NCBI GenBank assembly: GCA_951406725.2
Contig: OX597824.1
Coordinates: 74,586,001 to 74,650,000, forward strand
Direction: 5' to 3'
Length of the DNA: 64,000 nt
Source of the DNA: Octopus vulgaris
Lineage: Eukaryota
Shown: in pieces, positions 40,470 to 56,366 of the stretch
Layout of the letters: every line of letters starts with the position of its first letter
How positions within the stretch are numbered: position 1 is the stretch's first letter
The notes under the pieces: generated by a model
Database searches by the model: none
What the model saw: only the letters and a program-made list of their open reading frames with translations
Told to the model about the DNA's origin: nothing
Position numbers and translations under genes: made by a program

Positions 40470-40954
40470 ACTATAGACATACCCATACATTCATACATTG
40501 ATACATATATACTTATATTTAGACATATACATACACAGATAATATATACATATATATCCATATATATACACATAAGAATACATACATACATACATACATA
40601 CATACATACATACATACATACATACATACATACATACATACATACAGAAGAATACATAATACATATAAGTAAATTTGTATGAGATTTATATTTAATATTT
40701 ATTACTTGTTAAATTGCATTATATTGTATTATTATAAGAATATAATATAACATACCATTATGCTAATGAATTTTAAATTTTAATTTTTGAATTGCCAATT
40801 ATTATACATCTCCATTTACAATTAATTTTTATAATGTAATATATAACCATGTAATTTGTAAAGTTCTTTCTCTGAAGAGCCAGTGAAAGATTGGATGTTT
40901 TTCATCCCCATTTTCCTTGGATTATATATGGATATATATATACTAGCTTATATG

Positions 40955-42537
40955 CTACACAGAAGCTATCTTCTTCCTGTAGCTTCGTTGTATCGCCTCA
41001 ATTTCTGTGATTAACTTGACACTGGATGGTGACCATAGCTGAGAGCAATAGTCAAAGTGGCTTAGGACAAGTGTCCTCCAGAAGACCATCATGGTTTCCT
41101 GGTCTCTTGTTCTGAAGGTTCTAAGAATCCAGCCAGCCAGCCGTCTACATTTCATTGCCAGTTTAGCAACATGTACATGAAAGGTCGCGTCATCACTCAT
41201 GTCAATACCCAGGTCACGCACTGATTGTGCCTCTGGGATTGCAGTCCCTTCAGGCTCAGTGTATTTATTGGGTATTGCATTTAGTTTTGCGTGCTGATAG
41301 CATAGAGCTTGAAACTTTTCAGCATTGAACTGCATGCTATTCTTTTCAGCCCACTTGTATATTTTGTCCAGCTCACATTGCAGGTGCTTAGTGTCTTCAG
41401 GGTTCTGTATTGCCTGTGAAACTTTTGTATCATCTGCATAACTTGTGATCGTGGCTCTCTGCGTGGCTGAGGGCATGTCTGAGAGGGCCATTATGAACAG
41501 TAGTCGTCCCAAAACAGTGCCCTGCGGAACACCGCTCACTATTTGCGTGTTAGTGGTAGTGGCTACTACCACCTGACTTCTATCCTTCAGAAAGTCATGA
41601 AGCCACTCTCCCAATTTTCGAACTATGCCAAGATCACGCAGTTTGTGACATAGCATTCCATGATCGACTTTATCAAAGGCCTTTGCAAAGTCGAGATATA
41701 TGACTTCCACATTTGAGTGGTTGAGCAGTCGTTTCAGCACCCAGTCATAGTGTTGTAGGAGCTGAGTTAAGCAGCTTCTTCCTGGTCGGAAACCATGTTG
41801 GGTGTCAGGCAGCAAGTCATTTTCTTCAAGGAAGGTGATTAGTTTCCTTCTGACTATTCGTTCCATGACCTTGCTGATGTGTGAGGTCAGAGAGATAGGT
41901 CTGTAGTTCTTGGCCTCCGCTCTGCTACCTTCTTTATGAATAGGGCATATTTTACCTTCCTTCAGTTTTCTTGGAAGTTTGCCAGTTGCAAGGAAGCTCT
42001 GAAAGAGGAACTACAGTGGTCTTGCTAGGACTCTCTTACATACTTTTAGAAGGATTGCTGGGAATCCATCTGGGCCAGTAGCTGAGTTTGTTTTCATTTC
42101 ATCAATAGCCTTTATTACATCGTCTTCCTTTATATTGATGTAATCAATCATTGCTGCCTCCGATTTTATATCTGCAGTGGTAAAGAAGTCAGTTGGATTG
42201 CTGACTTGAAAATGCCCTAGGGGTGGCGTGAAAATACTCTTGAATTGCTCATTTAGTATTTCACTTACCCTCATTGGATGTGCCATCCTTTTCAAGGAGT
42301 GGCCCTATCCTACAGTGCACCGTAGCTGTTTCTTTGGCATACCTGTAGAAAGCTCTGGGGTTAGATTTTATGTTGTCTATAGCCCAGGCTTCTTTGTCTG
42401 CTCTTTCTTTTTCATGGGAGAGTTGCAGACATTTTTCAATTTCCAACAGTTTTATTTTCAGGCGGGACTTTTCACTGCTTTCAATTTCTTTGTTTAGGCG
42501 ATTTGAAACTTTTGTACGCCGATTTGAAACTTTTGTA
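40955..42537 (-). pseudogene. CR1-like non-LTR retrotransposon ORF2 (reverse transcriptase), frameshifted and truncated
   Basis: GPDG, YRPISLTS, QHGFRPGRSC, YLDFAKAFDKVDH, SGVPQGTVLG, YADDTK, DLGI, DYCSQLWSP. Confidence 0.92.
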
Positions 42538-42628
42538 TATATATATATATACACACATATATTCTTTTACTCTTTTACCTGTTTCAGTCATTTGAATGCG
42601 GCCAAGCTGGATCACTGCCTTAACACAT

Positions 42629-42695
<67 letters not shown>

Positions 42696-43004
42696 ATATA
42701 CATACAACGGGTTTCTAGATGGTTGGCGTCCACCAAATTCCCTCACAAAGCATTGGCCGGGGTTATAGTAAATGATAATTCCCCGAGGTTCCACATAGTG
42801 GGGCTGAACCTGAAACCACGTCGTGGCAAAGCGAACTTCCAAACCACACAGCCATTATGTATGTATGTATGTATGTATGTATGTATGTATGTATGTATGT
42901 ATGTATGTATGTATGTATGTATGTATGAATTGATGGATGGATGTGTTCGGGCATGTACTCAACCGCACGTGCTCACGTAGATTCATTGATTTGTAATGGT
43001 AAAG

Positions 43005-43052
<48 letters not shown>

Positions 43053-43157
43053 GGTGTTAAAATGTGCATTTCAGTTATTAATTAAAACAATTAAGTAATT
43101 AAATTAAAAGATTATCAATACGCTTAAAGTTGTGAATCGAAGCCGTGTATATCTACG

Positions 43158-43575
43158 TATTCTCTCTCTCTCTCTCCTCTGTTTCTTTCTTTCATTCTTT
43201 CTTTCTCTCTCTCTCTCTCCTCTGTTTCTTTCTTTCTTTCTCTCTCTCTCTCTCCTCTGTTTCTTTCTTTCATTCTTTCTTTCTCTCTCTCTCTCTCCTC
43301 TGTTTCTTTCTTTCTTTCTTTCTCTCTCTCTCTCTCCTCTGTTTCTTTCTTTCTTTCTCTCTCTCTCTTTCTCTTTGTTTCTCTCTCTCTGTCTCTCTCT
43401 CTGTTTCTTTCCTTCTCTCTCTGTTTCTCTCTCCCTCTCTCTCTCCCCCCTCTCTCTCTGTTTCTCTCTCTCTCTCTGTTTCTTTCCTTCTCTCTGTGGT
43501 TTCTCTCTGTTTCTCTCTCCCTCTATTTCTCCCTCTCCCTGCTTCTCTCTTTCTCTCTCTCTCTCTCTTTCTCAC
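43158..43575. repeat. CT-rich polypyrimidine tract with internal short tandem duplications
   Basis: Repeated ctctcctctgtttctttc. Confidence 0.9.
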
Positions 43576-43850
43576 GCAAACACACACGTACTCACACACA
43601 CACATAGGGCGTGAAATTATCGTTCAAACAAACCTCCATGTGTGTGTGTGTGTGTGTGCATGCGCGCGCTAGTATGTGTCAGCGTGCGAGCGTGCGTGCG
43701 TTTGGGTGCACAAGCAGTATGAGGCCAAAGTAAACCCACTTTCCCATTATAACTGACCAGGTTCGCAAAATTTTAATCTGTAATCCCGTAACATACTTCG
43801 TTCATTCCCTATTCGTTCCCTGTTCATGATAATACTTTCGGAAAAATCAC

Positions 43851-44277
43851 GGATCTTTTCGGTTTGAACGGCAGTTTCTAACATTTCTAGGTCACTAAAA
43901 AATTTTAAACTTCGTATACTGGTAGAATGCATTTATAAAACATCTTTTTCTCTTGGCTTTATTGAGAAAATTCTATAGTTTGTAAGATACTTTTTTTTTT
44001 CTTCAATTTCTGCAATTTCAACCAATCACTGACGTCTATCGAGGTAAAAAAACATTCTGTGCCGTATGAATATGTCCCTCGTTTAAGAAACAGATTGGGT
44101 TTATTTACATTTGTGAATAAAAAAAGATACTCTTCCCCCCACCCCTAACCTTAACCCTAACTAACTCTAACTCTAAAACAGATTGAAATGCAATAAATCG
44201 ATACTAGGGTCATAATTATGGGTGACAATTTCATATGACACCGCTAGAAAAAACTGCCGTTCAAACTGAAAAGATCC
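43851..44277 (+). mobile_element. Merlin-type MITE (third copy)
   Basis: Same TIRs; TSD AAAATCAC/AAAATAAC. Confidence 0.9.
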
Positions 44278-44875
44278 AAAATAACGTTTATCTCGGATAC
44301 ATTACTGCAAATGTCTTCGCTAATCTATTGCTGTAGAACATTTGTTATGCATCAATTTCTTAAATCTGTGTCAGCATTTGTTTCCCTTCTCTTTTCTTCT
44401 GAGTAACATTTATAAAAAATTTTTTCGCATTTCTTCTTTCCACATCTGATGAGATTTTAACTCGGAATATAGCAGGATTAAATGAATTTAACATCAATAA
44501 TGATATATTTTATTTACCATTAAAATCACTACACAAAATGGAACATTATCAAACAGACTTATGGTGTACTGATTGTATATAACATGTCTGCACATGTCCA
44601 TAGAAATATAAATCCTTTAAGTCAAATATAACTAATTATAAGAAAACATTTATAGATTACTACAACTATCTTTAATTTATGAAGCTGGAAACATTCCGTA
44701 CTTTTCCATACGTATTGCGTAGATTAATTTTTACGAGTTTTTTGCACTCCTTTAGGGATGTCATCTTTGAATTGTCTATCTACTCTAAATTGCTGTAAAG
44801 TTGCATGAAATCAATGTGGTGTGTGAATGAAGGGCTTTTTTGTGTATGTATAAGAGGAGTCTCTTGAGCTGTAGA

Positions 44876-45265
44876 TGTGGAGGCGCAATGGCCCAGTGGT
44901 TAGGGCAGCGGACTCGCGGTCGTAGGATCGCGGTTTCGATTCCCAGACCGGGCGTTGTGAGTGTTTATTGAGCGAAAACACCATAAGCTCCACGAGGCTC
45001 CGGCAGGGATGGTGGTGTTCCCTGCTGTACTCTTTCACCACAACTTTCTCTCACTCTTACTTCCTGTTTCTGTTGTACCTGTATTTCAAAGGGCCGGCCT
45101 TGTCACTCTCTGTGTCACGCTGAATATCCCCGAGAACTACGTTAAGGGTGCACGTGTCTGTGGAGTGCTCAGCCACTTACACGTTAATTTCACGAGCAGG
45201 CTGTTCCGTTGATTCGGATCAACCGGAACCCTCGTCGTCGTAACCGACGGAGTGCTTCCATTCCA
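44876..45265 (+). mobile_element. SINE B, full length
   Basis: GTGGAGGCGCAATGGCCCAGTGG...GGTTTCGATTCCC tRNA-like head; TTCCA tail. Confidence 0.9.
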
Positions 45266-45980
45266 GATGTCAACTGAGTGATTAAGCTGTCTACGTACCA
45301 TACACCAGTGAGAGGCAAATTACTGCGGTCTTCTCCCGAGATATGATCTCTTGGCAATTTTAATTTAATTATACTTTAATTGCGTACGCCGACTATTCAC
45401 AATGGCAATCAGTATATTTTTCACTGTTTCTTATATCGGAGGCGACAAACTTCGTCTGATTACCAAGGCTGAAAGGGGCTGAAATGCATCGGGTCTTCTT
45501 GGTAGCAACTGCCTAGATAATTTTTCGTTTCCTTCAGATATATTTTTACGTGCACACACACACATACACACACACACACACACACATGTTGGAGCATTGT
45601 TGTGAAAGGTTTAGACGACCGAATCAGTCCCAGTAATTATTCTATCGATCAATTTTGGGAACCGCTATGTTTTCGACACCAATTATTATGCGGTAGTAAA
45701 ACAACAAACAGTAAGACCAGCGCACAAATATATGAATGGCTTCCACACAGTTTTCGCCACCCAAATTCACTCAAAGGGCAATGGTCAGCCCGGTGCAACT
45801 TGCACGAATTGTTCTGCAGTGTGACCGAACCCGAAACTTCGTTGGTGCGAAGCAAACTTCTTAACTATGTGTCTACAATGTAAACAGCACTCTACTCTGC
45901 AAACGAAAAATACATGCGCCATTTCCACTGTGTCAGCACTTCTTACAATAAAAGCTTCTATTCCACCCTTACACATTACG

Positions 45981-46395
45981 TATTTCTTTACTACCCACAA
46001 GGGGCTAAACACAGAAAGGACAGACAAGGACAGACAAACGGATTAAGTCGATTATATCGACCCCAGTGCGTAACTGATACTTATTTATTCGACCCCGAAA
46101 GGATGAAAGGCAAAGTCAACCTCGGCTGAATTTGAACCCAGAACGTAGCGGCAGACGAAATACCTATTTCTTTACTACAACAAGGGGCTAAACACAGAGA
46201 GGACAAACAAGGACAGACAAACGGATTAAGACGATTACATCGACCCCCCAGTGCGTAAATGATGCTTATTTAATCGACCCCGAAAGGATGAAAGGCAAAG
46301 TCGATCTCGGATGAATATGAACTCAGAACGTAACGGCAGACGAAATACGGCTACGCATTTCGCCAGGCGTGCTAACGATTCTGCCAGCTCGCCGC
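45981..46395 (-). mobile_element. SINE A dimer
   Basis: TSD ACACATTACG. Confidence 0.9.
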
Positions 46396-46703
46396 CCTCC
46401 AATACACATTACGTATTTCAGAGTTAAGTGTCTTCGCCGTGAATTACATACGAAATACCAGTAACTGGTTTTAGAACAAACTGTTAACTGCGGCAGATTT
46501 ATATATATTTTTGTTTTCGATAAATATATAGTGTATTTGACTGTCAAAGTTATTACATTTGCAACAATTTCATATATATTACGTTTGCAGTAATGTAATA
46601 ATATTATATTTACAATAATGTAATATATTACACTTGTTTGTATTACTCCGTGGTTTACTCTTTATCACCTTAATTATATGTATACAGACTATTACTACAG
46701 CTC

Positions 46704-46769
<66 letters not shown>

Positions 46770-47106
46770 AATTATGTAGCGTTTCCTAATGTAACCTCTA
46801 GCTCAATAATATATTACATTTGCAGTAATATATTTTATTACGAAGAGCAGATGGACAAATGTAGTTCTGGAGTACAAATAACTCTATTCCGCTTTGCCTG
46901 TATTTACTCTGCTGTTGATGAACAGAGGTTACGGAGGTTGCAAGTTCGTACCTGGTGTTGGTGTCTCTGGGTCAGACCACTTTAGCGTACTTGACGTGCA
47001 GACGTCTCGTAGGTCGTGAATTCAAATATCGTGTAAACCCGTTATCTTATATTTCCTCGGCCCACTAGGTTATCGGCTGTGGATTCAAATACACAGTTGT
47101 AGTTTC

Positions 47107-47701
47107 TTATTTTTTTACTGCCCACAAGGGGCTACACACAGAGGGGGCAAACAAGGACAGACAAACGGATTAAGTCGATTATATCGACTCTAGTGCGTAA
47201 CCGGTACTTATTTAATCGACCCCGAAAGGATGAAAGGCAAAGTCGACCTCGGCGGAATTTGAACTCACAACGTAGCGGCAGACGAAATACCTATTTCTTT
47301 ACCACCCACAAGGGGCTAAACACAGAGAGGACAAACAAGGACAGACAAACGGATTAAGTCGATTATATCGACTCCAGTGCGTAACTGGTACTTATTTAAT
47401 CGACCCCGAAAGGATGAAAGGCAAAGTCGACCTCGGCGGAATTTGAAATCAGAATGTAGCGGCAGACGAAATACCTATTTCTTTACTACAAACAAGAGGC
47501 TAAACACAGAGGGGACAAACAAGGACAGACAAACGGATTAAGTCGATTATATCGACCCCAGTGCGTAACTGGTACTTAATTTATCGACCCCGAAAGGATG
47601 AAAGGCAGAATCAACCTCGGCGGAATTTGAACTCAGAACGTAACGGCAGACGAAATACGGCTACGCATTTGGCCCGGCGTGCCAACGTTTCTGCCAGCTC
47701 G
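47107..47701 (-). mobile_element. SINE A trimer
   Basis: Three ~187-bp bodies, one head, TSD CAGTTGTAGTTTC. Confidence 0.9.
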
Positions 47702-48054
47702 CAGTTGTAGTTTCGTTTCCACCTAGCTGTCTCGTGGATCACGAGATCAATTCTGATACAGTTTGTTTCGATTACTTCTGCATATCTAGGAAGTGAGAAG
47801 CTGCTTAGTCGTTAAGACATTCGGCTCACTATCGCAAGGGAGTAAATAATAAATTTGACTTATCTCATCCTTATGTTTGACCATTTCACTAGTCTATGGG
47901 GCAGGAAGATATTCTTTGTGGACCTACCTGGGATTCATACTTATCATATCATTATAGAACTGCAATTTAATATGTAGCTCATCCAAACAAACCAGGCAGA
48001 TAGATGAATGCAAACTGTAGTACAAAGTTTTTAGTACGTCTATATTTCTACTGA

Positions 48055-48319
48055 GTGGAGGTGCGTGGCTTAGTGGTTAGGGTGTCAGCATCATGATCGT
48101 AAGATTCTGGCTTCGATTCCTGGACTGGGCGACGCGTTTTTGTTCTTGAGCAAAGCGCTTCATTTCACGTTGCTCCAGTCCACTCAGCTGGCAAAAATGA
48201 GTAACGCTGCGATGGACTGGCGTCCCGTCCAGCTGGGAACACATACACCATAGAAACCGGGAAAACGGGCCCATGAGCCTGGCTAGGCTTTAAAAAGGGC
48301 GCATTTATTTATTTTATTT
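48055..48319 (+). mobile_element. SINE C (tRNA head plus CORE-like centre), full length
   Basis: 14-bp TSD TATATTTCTACTGA; ATTT tail. Confidence 0.9.
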
Positions 48320-48521
48320 TATATTTCTACTGACCAGTTCAAATACAAAGAGATGGTTGAATATGTCTGAAATATACTTATTTAGTAAATAGATTAAGCA
48401 GGTCAAAAAGAATTGTAATTTTATCAGCAATATCTCTCAATGTGTGTGTGTGTGTGTGTGTTAGACTGGCGGTGCCCCAGCATAGCCACAGCCTTAGGAC
48501 TGAAGTACATAACAGAATATA

Positions 48522-48696
48522 CCGTATTTTAACGTGTATAAGGAATCCCCTATTTTGAGGGGGGGGGCTTAAAATTTGGAAAAAGATTTTATAAGGGATT
48601 ATAATATTATCCATATATAAGAAACTCTCATATTTTCCTTTATACTAATTTTTGAAAAAGAACAAAAAAGGGTTCCTTATACACGTTAAAATACGG
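48522..48696. mobile_element. Tc1/mariner (Tc2/pogo-like) MITE
   Basis: Perfect 24-bp TIR CCGTATTTTAACGTGTATAAGGAA; TA TSD. Confidence 0.88.
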
Positions 48697-49337
48697 TATA
48701 TGATGGACTCTCCCATCGAAGACGACGTATGAACATTTTTTGCCGAACGACCTGCACAAATGATTTGTTTCTAGAGATCAAATGTTAGTGCCGCACGTCA
48801 GCTCACTCTCTCCACCAAATCGGCATTGTGTGAGCAAGTGTAACTGTGTACCACGCGTCAGGTGTCGAAATGATTGAAGAGCAATGTGAGGTGAAGTGTT
48901 TTGCTCAAGAGCACAACGCACCACCCTGTCTAGAAATTGAAATTACGATCTAGCGATCGCGAGCGCAACACCCTAATCACTAAGTATGAGATGTATGTAT
49001 GTACACACACACACACATACACACACACACACACATACACACACACACACACACAAACATACATATGCATATATTCATACATACATACATACAGACAGAC
49101 AGACAGACACGCATACATACATGACTATAGGTATGACAACAGGTAGCCTAAACTGTGCCAGTGCTCTATTCAACACTTAAACATACTAATCGACTTATAT
49201 CTGCTAGTCTAAAATAGTAACATTATATATATATATATATATATATTTAGGGAGAATTTACGAAAAAAACAAAAGACGAAGACATGTGGTGTACAAAAAG
49301 AAGATGTATTAGTATAACACTCAGGAATAGAAAAAGT

Positions 49338-49373
49338 CTTTTACGTTTCGAGCTTACGCTCTTCTACAGAAAG
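49338..49373 (-). ncRNA. Minimal hammerhead-like motif, A6U variant
   Basis: CUUU-CUGUAGA-A-GAGC GUAA GCUC-GAAA-CG-UA^AAAG. Confidence 0.6.
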
Positions 49374-49450
49374 GGACACAGAAAAAACAAAGAGAGGAAC
49401 AAGGAGAGAAAAAATGTGTGTAGAGGCTAACTTTCTATCATGGCGTCTCG

Positions 49451-49482
<32 letters not shown>

Positions 49483-50168
49483 CCCCCCCTCTTTGTACAC
49501 ACACGCACACACATACACACACCCACTCACACACACACATTTGCATATATATATACATTACACTTACACACACTTCAAATTTACTTGCCATACACACAAC
49601 TACGCACACTGGATACACTACCACTCTACACACACACTGGCACGTTACATACGCCCCCACCCTTTCCCTCCCTCCCTTCTTCCCTCCTTCCTCCCATTTT
49701 TTACCACTGACCACTCACTCGAGACTTGCTTTGTCATCTGTTCGCCCTGCACGCACTAACATATACATATTTGTTTTTTATCTCGCCTCACACACACATA
49801 CACACACGCACACGCACACACTCACACATACATACACACGCACACACACACACACACACCTCCCTGTTTCTGACCTGCCTTTCTCACTTGCTAGGGTACC
49901 CCCACACACTCCTTTAACTCTACTACTGCCTGCTACAAGCCACTGTCCACCATACACACACATACACACACACGCACACACGCATACACACACCCTCGTT
50001 TTCTCGCACACCTTTTTTACCATTCCCTCTTTGATTCAGCTCTCCTGTTTTTAAAAAACATTTTCCTCCTTTTTTACAACTTCCGTCTTTTCAGTATGTG
50101 ACCTCGTGAAGACTACCTGCAATTTTTTTTCCTCTGTCCTCCCGTCTCGGGATCTTTCTTTCTCCTAT

Positions 50169-50203
50169 GTTTCCGACGAAGAGCTCCGCTCGAAACGTCA
50201 TAC
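50169..50203 (+). ncRNA. Minimal hammerhead-like motif, U4C variant (family of 22756)
   Basis: GUUU-CCGACGA-A-GAGC UCC GCUC-GAAA-CG-UC^AUAC. Confidence 0.6.
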
Positions 50204-50294
50204 CCTCCTTCTTCCATTTTCCTGAGCGCCTAATAATAATAATACTGTAATTGTTCCACGTGTTGTTGTTTTTTCTGTTTTCCCGTTTGGATTA

Positions 50295-50369
<75 letters not shown>

Positions 50370-50376
50370 TATATAT

Positions 50377-50714
50377 CGTCCAATGGACGGTACTGAGTTG
50401 TCAGACATTTAAACCAAATTTTCTCAAAACAGCTTGTCCGACCGTCCCATAGGCCTCCCCTTTGAGAAACGCTGATTTAACCTAAATTTGAGATACCAGC
50501 AAAAGAAGAAATAATGATAGACTTTTTTCTATTCTAAAGAATGCTTTATCGATCGCATTCTTACCTGGAATCGATTTTTGTAATTTTTTCAAGACTTATA
50601 TACGCCCTGATACCGTCGGTGTCTACATATCAAATTTGAGCGCAATCGGATGGCGGATGCCCGAGATCCTAGAAGACACACACACAGACAGACAGAACGG
50701 ATTTTATATAATAG

Positions 50715-50715
<1 letters not shown>
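50377..50715 (-). mobile_element. Non-autonomous Helitron, 5' part (3' end missing)
   Basis: A|TCTATTATATAAAATCCGTTCTGTCTGTCTGTGTG start, same style as 696-1270. Confidence 0.55.
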
Positions 50716-50747
<32 letters not shown>

Positions 50748-50793
50748 TGTATGTATGTATGTATGTATGTACGTGTATATGTATGTTTATATG

Positions 50794-50842
<49 letters not shown>

Positions 50843-51577
50843 ATGTATATATGCATGTATGTATGTATGTGCGTATGTATGTATATATGTATGTATATAT
50901 GTATGTTTATATGTATATATATATGTACATATATTATAATAAATTAGAGATAAAACCACTATTAGGCAAATCATACAGTGAAAATCATAAGCCAATACAT
51001 AGAAATAAAATTAATTAAAAAATATATAAAAAATATAAAATATAAAATATAAAAATCCAATTAAAATATTTAAATTAAAGTAAAAATTTAAAAAAATTAT
51101 TTAAATTAATAATTTAAACTTAAAATTATAAATATATTCTTTTACTCTTTTACTCTTTTACTTGTTTCAGTCATTTGACTGCGGCCATGCTGGAGCACCG
51201 CCTTTAATCGAGCAACTCGACCCCGGGACTTATTATATATATATATTTTTATTATTGTTTTATTTAATTATTTTTTTAAAAATTTTTATTTATATTTTTT
51301 AAATTTTTATATTTTTATATTTATTTATTTATTATTATTTTTTTTTTTTCAACTATCAAAAAGTATTAAAAGTTTAATATAAGATAAAGAGTAAAATGTA
51401 TGTATTTATGTATGTATGTATGTATGTATGTATGTATGTATGTATGTATGTATGTATGTATGTATGTATGTATGCATGTATGTATGTATGTATGTATGTA
51501 TGTATGTATGTATGTATGTATGTATGTATGTTATGTATGTATGTATGTATGTATGTATGTATGTATGTATGTATGTC

Positions 51578-53158
<1,581 letters not shown>

Positions 53159-53405
53159 GATATATACATATAAATATATATGTACTATGTATGTATATAT
53201 ATATATATATATATATGCATACATACATATATGTATATACTCATATACATATAAATATATATGTACTATGTATATGTATATATATATATGTGTGTGTGTA
53301 TATATATATATGTATATATGTATATATATACGTATATATATATGTATATATATATGCATACATACATATATGTATATACACATATACATATAAATATATA
53401 TGTAC

Positions 53406-53449
<44 letters not shown>

Positions 53450-54278
53450 TGCATATATATAAATATATATACATATATAAATATATATATGAGAGATATT
53501 ACTGATAAAAGTACAATTCCTTTTGACCTGCTTAATCTATTTACTAAATAGTTATATTTCAACATGCTCAACCATTTCTTTGTTACATGAACTAATCAGT
53601 AAAAATATATGTGTGGTAAGTACTAAGTATTGCAGTTTCCGTTCATCTAGCTGCCTGGTTTGTTTGGATGTACTACGTATTAACTAGAGAATTGATGAAT
53701 TATTACATTTGGATATTTGGAGCACAAAGCTAGAGAATAGAAGAATTATTACGTATGGATATTTGGGGCAGATTGTTCTGATGATCTAATAATTCATCCT
53801 GTGAACCATATCATTTCTATTGCTGATATGGGTTCTCCAGCTGTTCAAAACTATTGCTGCTATGTCTCTGTCACTGTTAAAAGCCACGAGAAGTTGCAGT
53901 GGAGGAAGTGGACGTGACAGGTTAATTACATTCCCTTCCTTTCGTAGCATAAGGTTTCGTTTCGTCCACTGAATTATATGTGAGGCAGACTGGAATTTTA
54001 TCCGGTTTATGATTCACCCCATTGAGGCAGCCAGAAAAATTCTATTTTGGTGTGGCTGTGTGGTAAGAAGTTTGCTTCCCAACCGCATGGTTCCGGGTTC
54101 AGTCCCACTGCGTGATACCTTGGGGAAGTGACTTCTAATCTAGCTTCGGACTAACCAAAGCCTTGTGAATGGATTTGGTTGGTGAATATGTATGTGTATA
54201 TATAAAACCATCCGAATTTCTGAGTACCTCATTTCTTCTAATATAAAATACATGTACATCATCTCCAAACCTTCTAAG

Positions 54279-54382
<104 letters not shown>

Positions 54383-55139
54383 CGACGTACGTACACTTTG
54401 GTCTCATATATATATAATATATATATTGCCTTCGAAATGTGGAGTAGATGAAACAGGGACAACTGAAGATGGGGAATATTCTTTATGTTGTATGTCTAGT
54501 TTCTCTGTTTTTTTTCGTTGTTCGAAAATAAGCTCGTTTCTATGTTTTTGTTTTTACGTTTTCGTTTCTCATTGTGTTCAACGTTTTTTTTGATGTCCTG
54601 TATCCATATATACATGTATATATACATATATATGTAGGTATGTACATATATGTATGTATATATATATGCATATATTTATATTTTACTTATATTATTTATA
54701 TATATATATATATATTATATACATACGTGCAAGTGTATGTGTGTGAGCACGCACACGCACGTGTGTGTATGCGTGTGTGTGTGTCCGTGTTGGTGTGTTT
54801 AGGTCAGCATAATTTAGCGGTTCGGCAGAAAAGACTGATAGAATATCTACCAGACTTTAAAAAAATTAAGTGCTGAACTCGATTCGTTCGACTAAAATTC
54901 TTCGAAGCGAGGTACCCCAGCATGGCTGCAGTCTAATGATTGAAGCAATTAACAGCATCAGAGATGTCGTTTATGTAAATTATGAAGAAATGTGGGCTCA
55001 ATACAGTGCCTTGGGGGTACACCATTTATAACTTCTTCGAGACTTTACTTAATTCAGTTGACCACTATACGTTGGGTTCCGGTTATCAAGAAACACTTTA
55101 TATACTACAATAGTTTTCTGTTGCTCGAATGTCGTATAT

Positions 55140-56065
55140 TCTTTTCTTTTCAACATAATGCTTTTGATAATTTTGTGTGAGCCTAAAATTTTGTTCATTG
55201 TTTTATCTCCACTGAGGATGGGTAGACTTTTGGTGATAATGTTGAAGGCTTCGTTATTTCTAGGGTAATGTGTGAAGATGTATGGGAGTATTTTTAAGTC
55301 TGGTGTAATATTTCGGCTGACTTCCCTTAATGTTCGTATATCTATTTCCTTAGCTCGTTTAATGCCTTCATTCATTAATGATATAGAGTAATGTCTTTTG
55401 ATTAGTATTGATCTGAGTTCAAGGAGTCTTCGTACACGAGTATAGGTGTCCGAAACTATGGTACAGATTATTTTCGCTAGATTATAAAGTATATTTATTT
55501 TTATGTGTTTGGGGTGGCATGAGTTGAATAATAGGTATTGTTTAGAATCTGTGGGTTTATAGATGTCTGTTTCGATGTGGTTATTGACTATTTTAATTAG
55601 GTTGTCAAGAAAGGGGAGTTGTTTACTGCTGTGCTCCATGGGGAATTGTATGTTGCTATTAATATTGTTAAGCATTATTTTGAAATCGAGGAGTTTGTCC
55701 ATGCTGTCTTTCCAAAGTATAAAGCAATCGTCCAAATACCTCTTCCAGTTCTCCTTTAAACAGCATATTTCTATATTGCCATATTTCTATAGTGATGACT
55801 GATATATTTTAAGCTCCAGATAACCCATTACAAGGTTCGCAATTACTGGAGCAACTCGGGTTCCCCTTTGCAATTCCACATTTTTGTCGATAGTAAATTG
55901 TATCGAACATGAAATAGTTGTTCAGTAAGGTGAATTTGAATGCTGCGATTATGAACATGTGGTTGATGGGTCCTGGGATCTCTTCTGGGAATTTTCTAGC
56001 CAGAAGGTGATCGTTTCTATACCATAATCCTGTGGGATATTGGTGTACAAATTCACCACATCGAA

Positions 56066-56067
<2 letters not shown>
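55140..56067 (-). pseudogene. Penelope-like element reverse transcriptase, disrupted
   Basis: SFDVVNLYTNIP, YRQKCGIAKG, WKRYLDDCFILW, LPFLD, KPTDSKQYLLFNSCHPKH. Confidence 0.9.
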
Positions 56068-56133
<66 letters not shown>

Positions 56134-56136
<3 letters not shown>

Positions 56137-56366
56137 GGAGTAAACACATAAAAGTGAAGCAAGGTGGAAAAAAGAGTACTCAAATACCAGTGGTAGAGTA
56201 ATATGCTTTATTTAAAGCAGCAGAAAATTCAACAAAACCTGTTACTCTGAGTTTCCCGTTGCCGTTCATCGGACAATTTTTGCTAGAATGCAAAAACTGT
56301 CCGATGAACGGCAACGGGAAACTCAGAGTAACAGGTTTTGTTGAATTTTCTGCTGCTTTAAATAAA

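Larger units (their letters stand above)
38735..40828. mobile_element. PLE-like element with terminal inverted arms in (TA)n
   Basis: 38735-38885 vs 40676-40828 reverse complement; HHR inside the left end. Confidence 0.6.

Noticed and set aside
44876-44950. tRNA gene
   Set aside because: tRNA-like SINE head that continues into a SINE body; multicopy
46540-46840. TTATTACATTTGCA repeats suggesting a DNA transposon subterminal array
   Set aside because: No matching termini or TSD found
46870-47095. Possible host exon or R4 remnant
   Set aside because: No sustained reading frame or clear motif; too decayed to call
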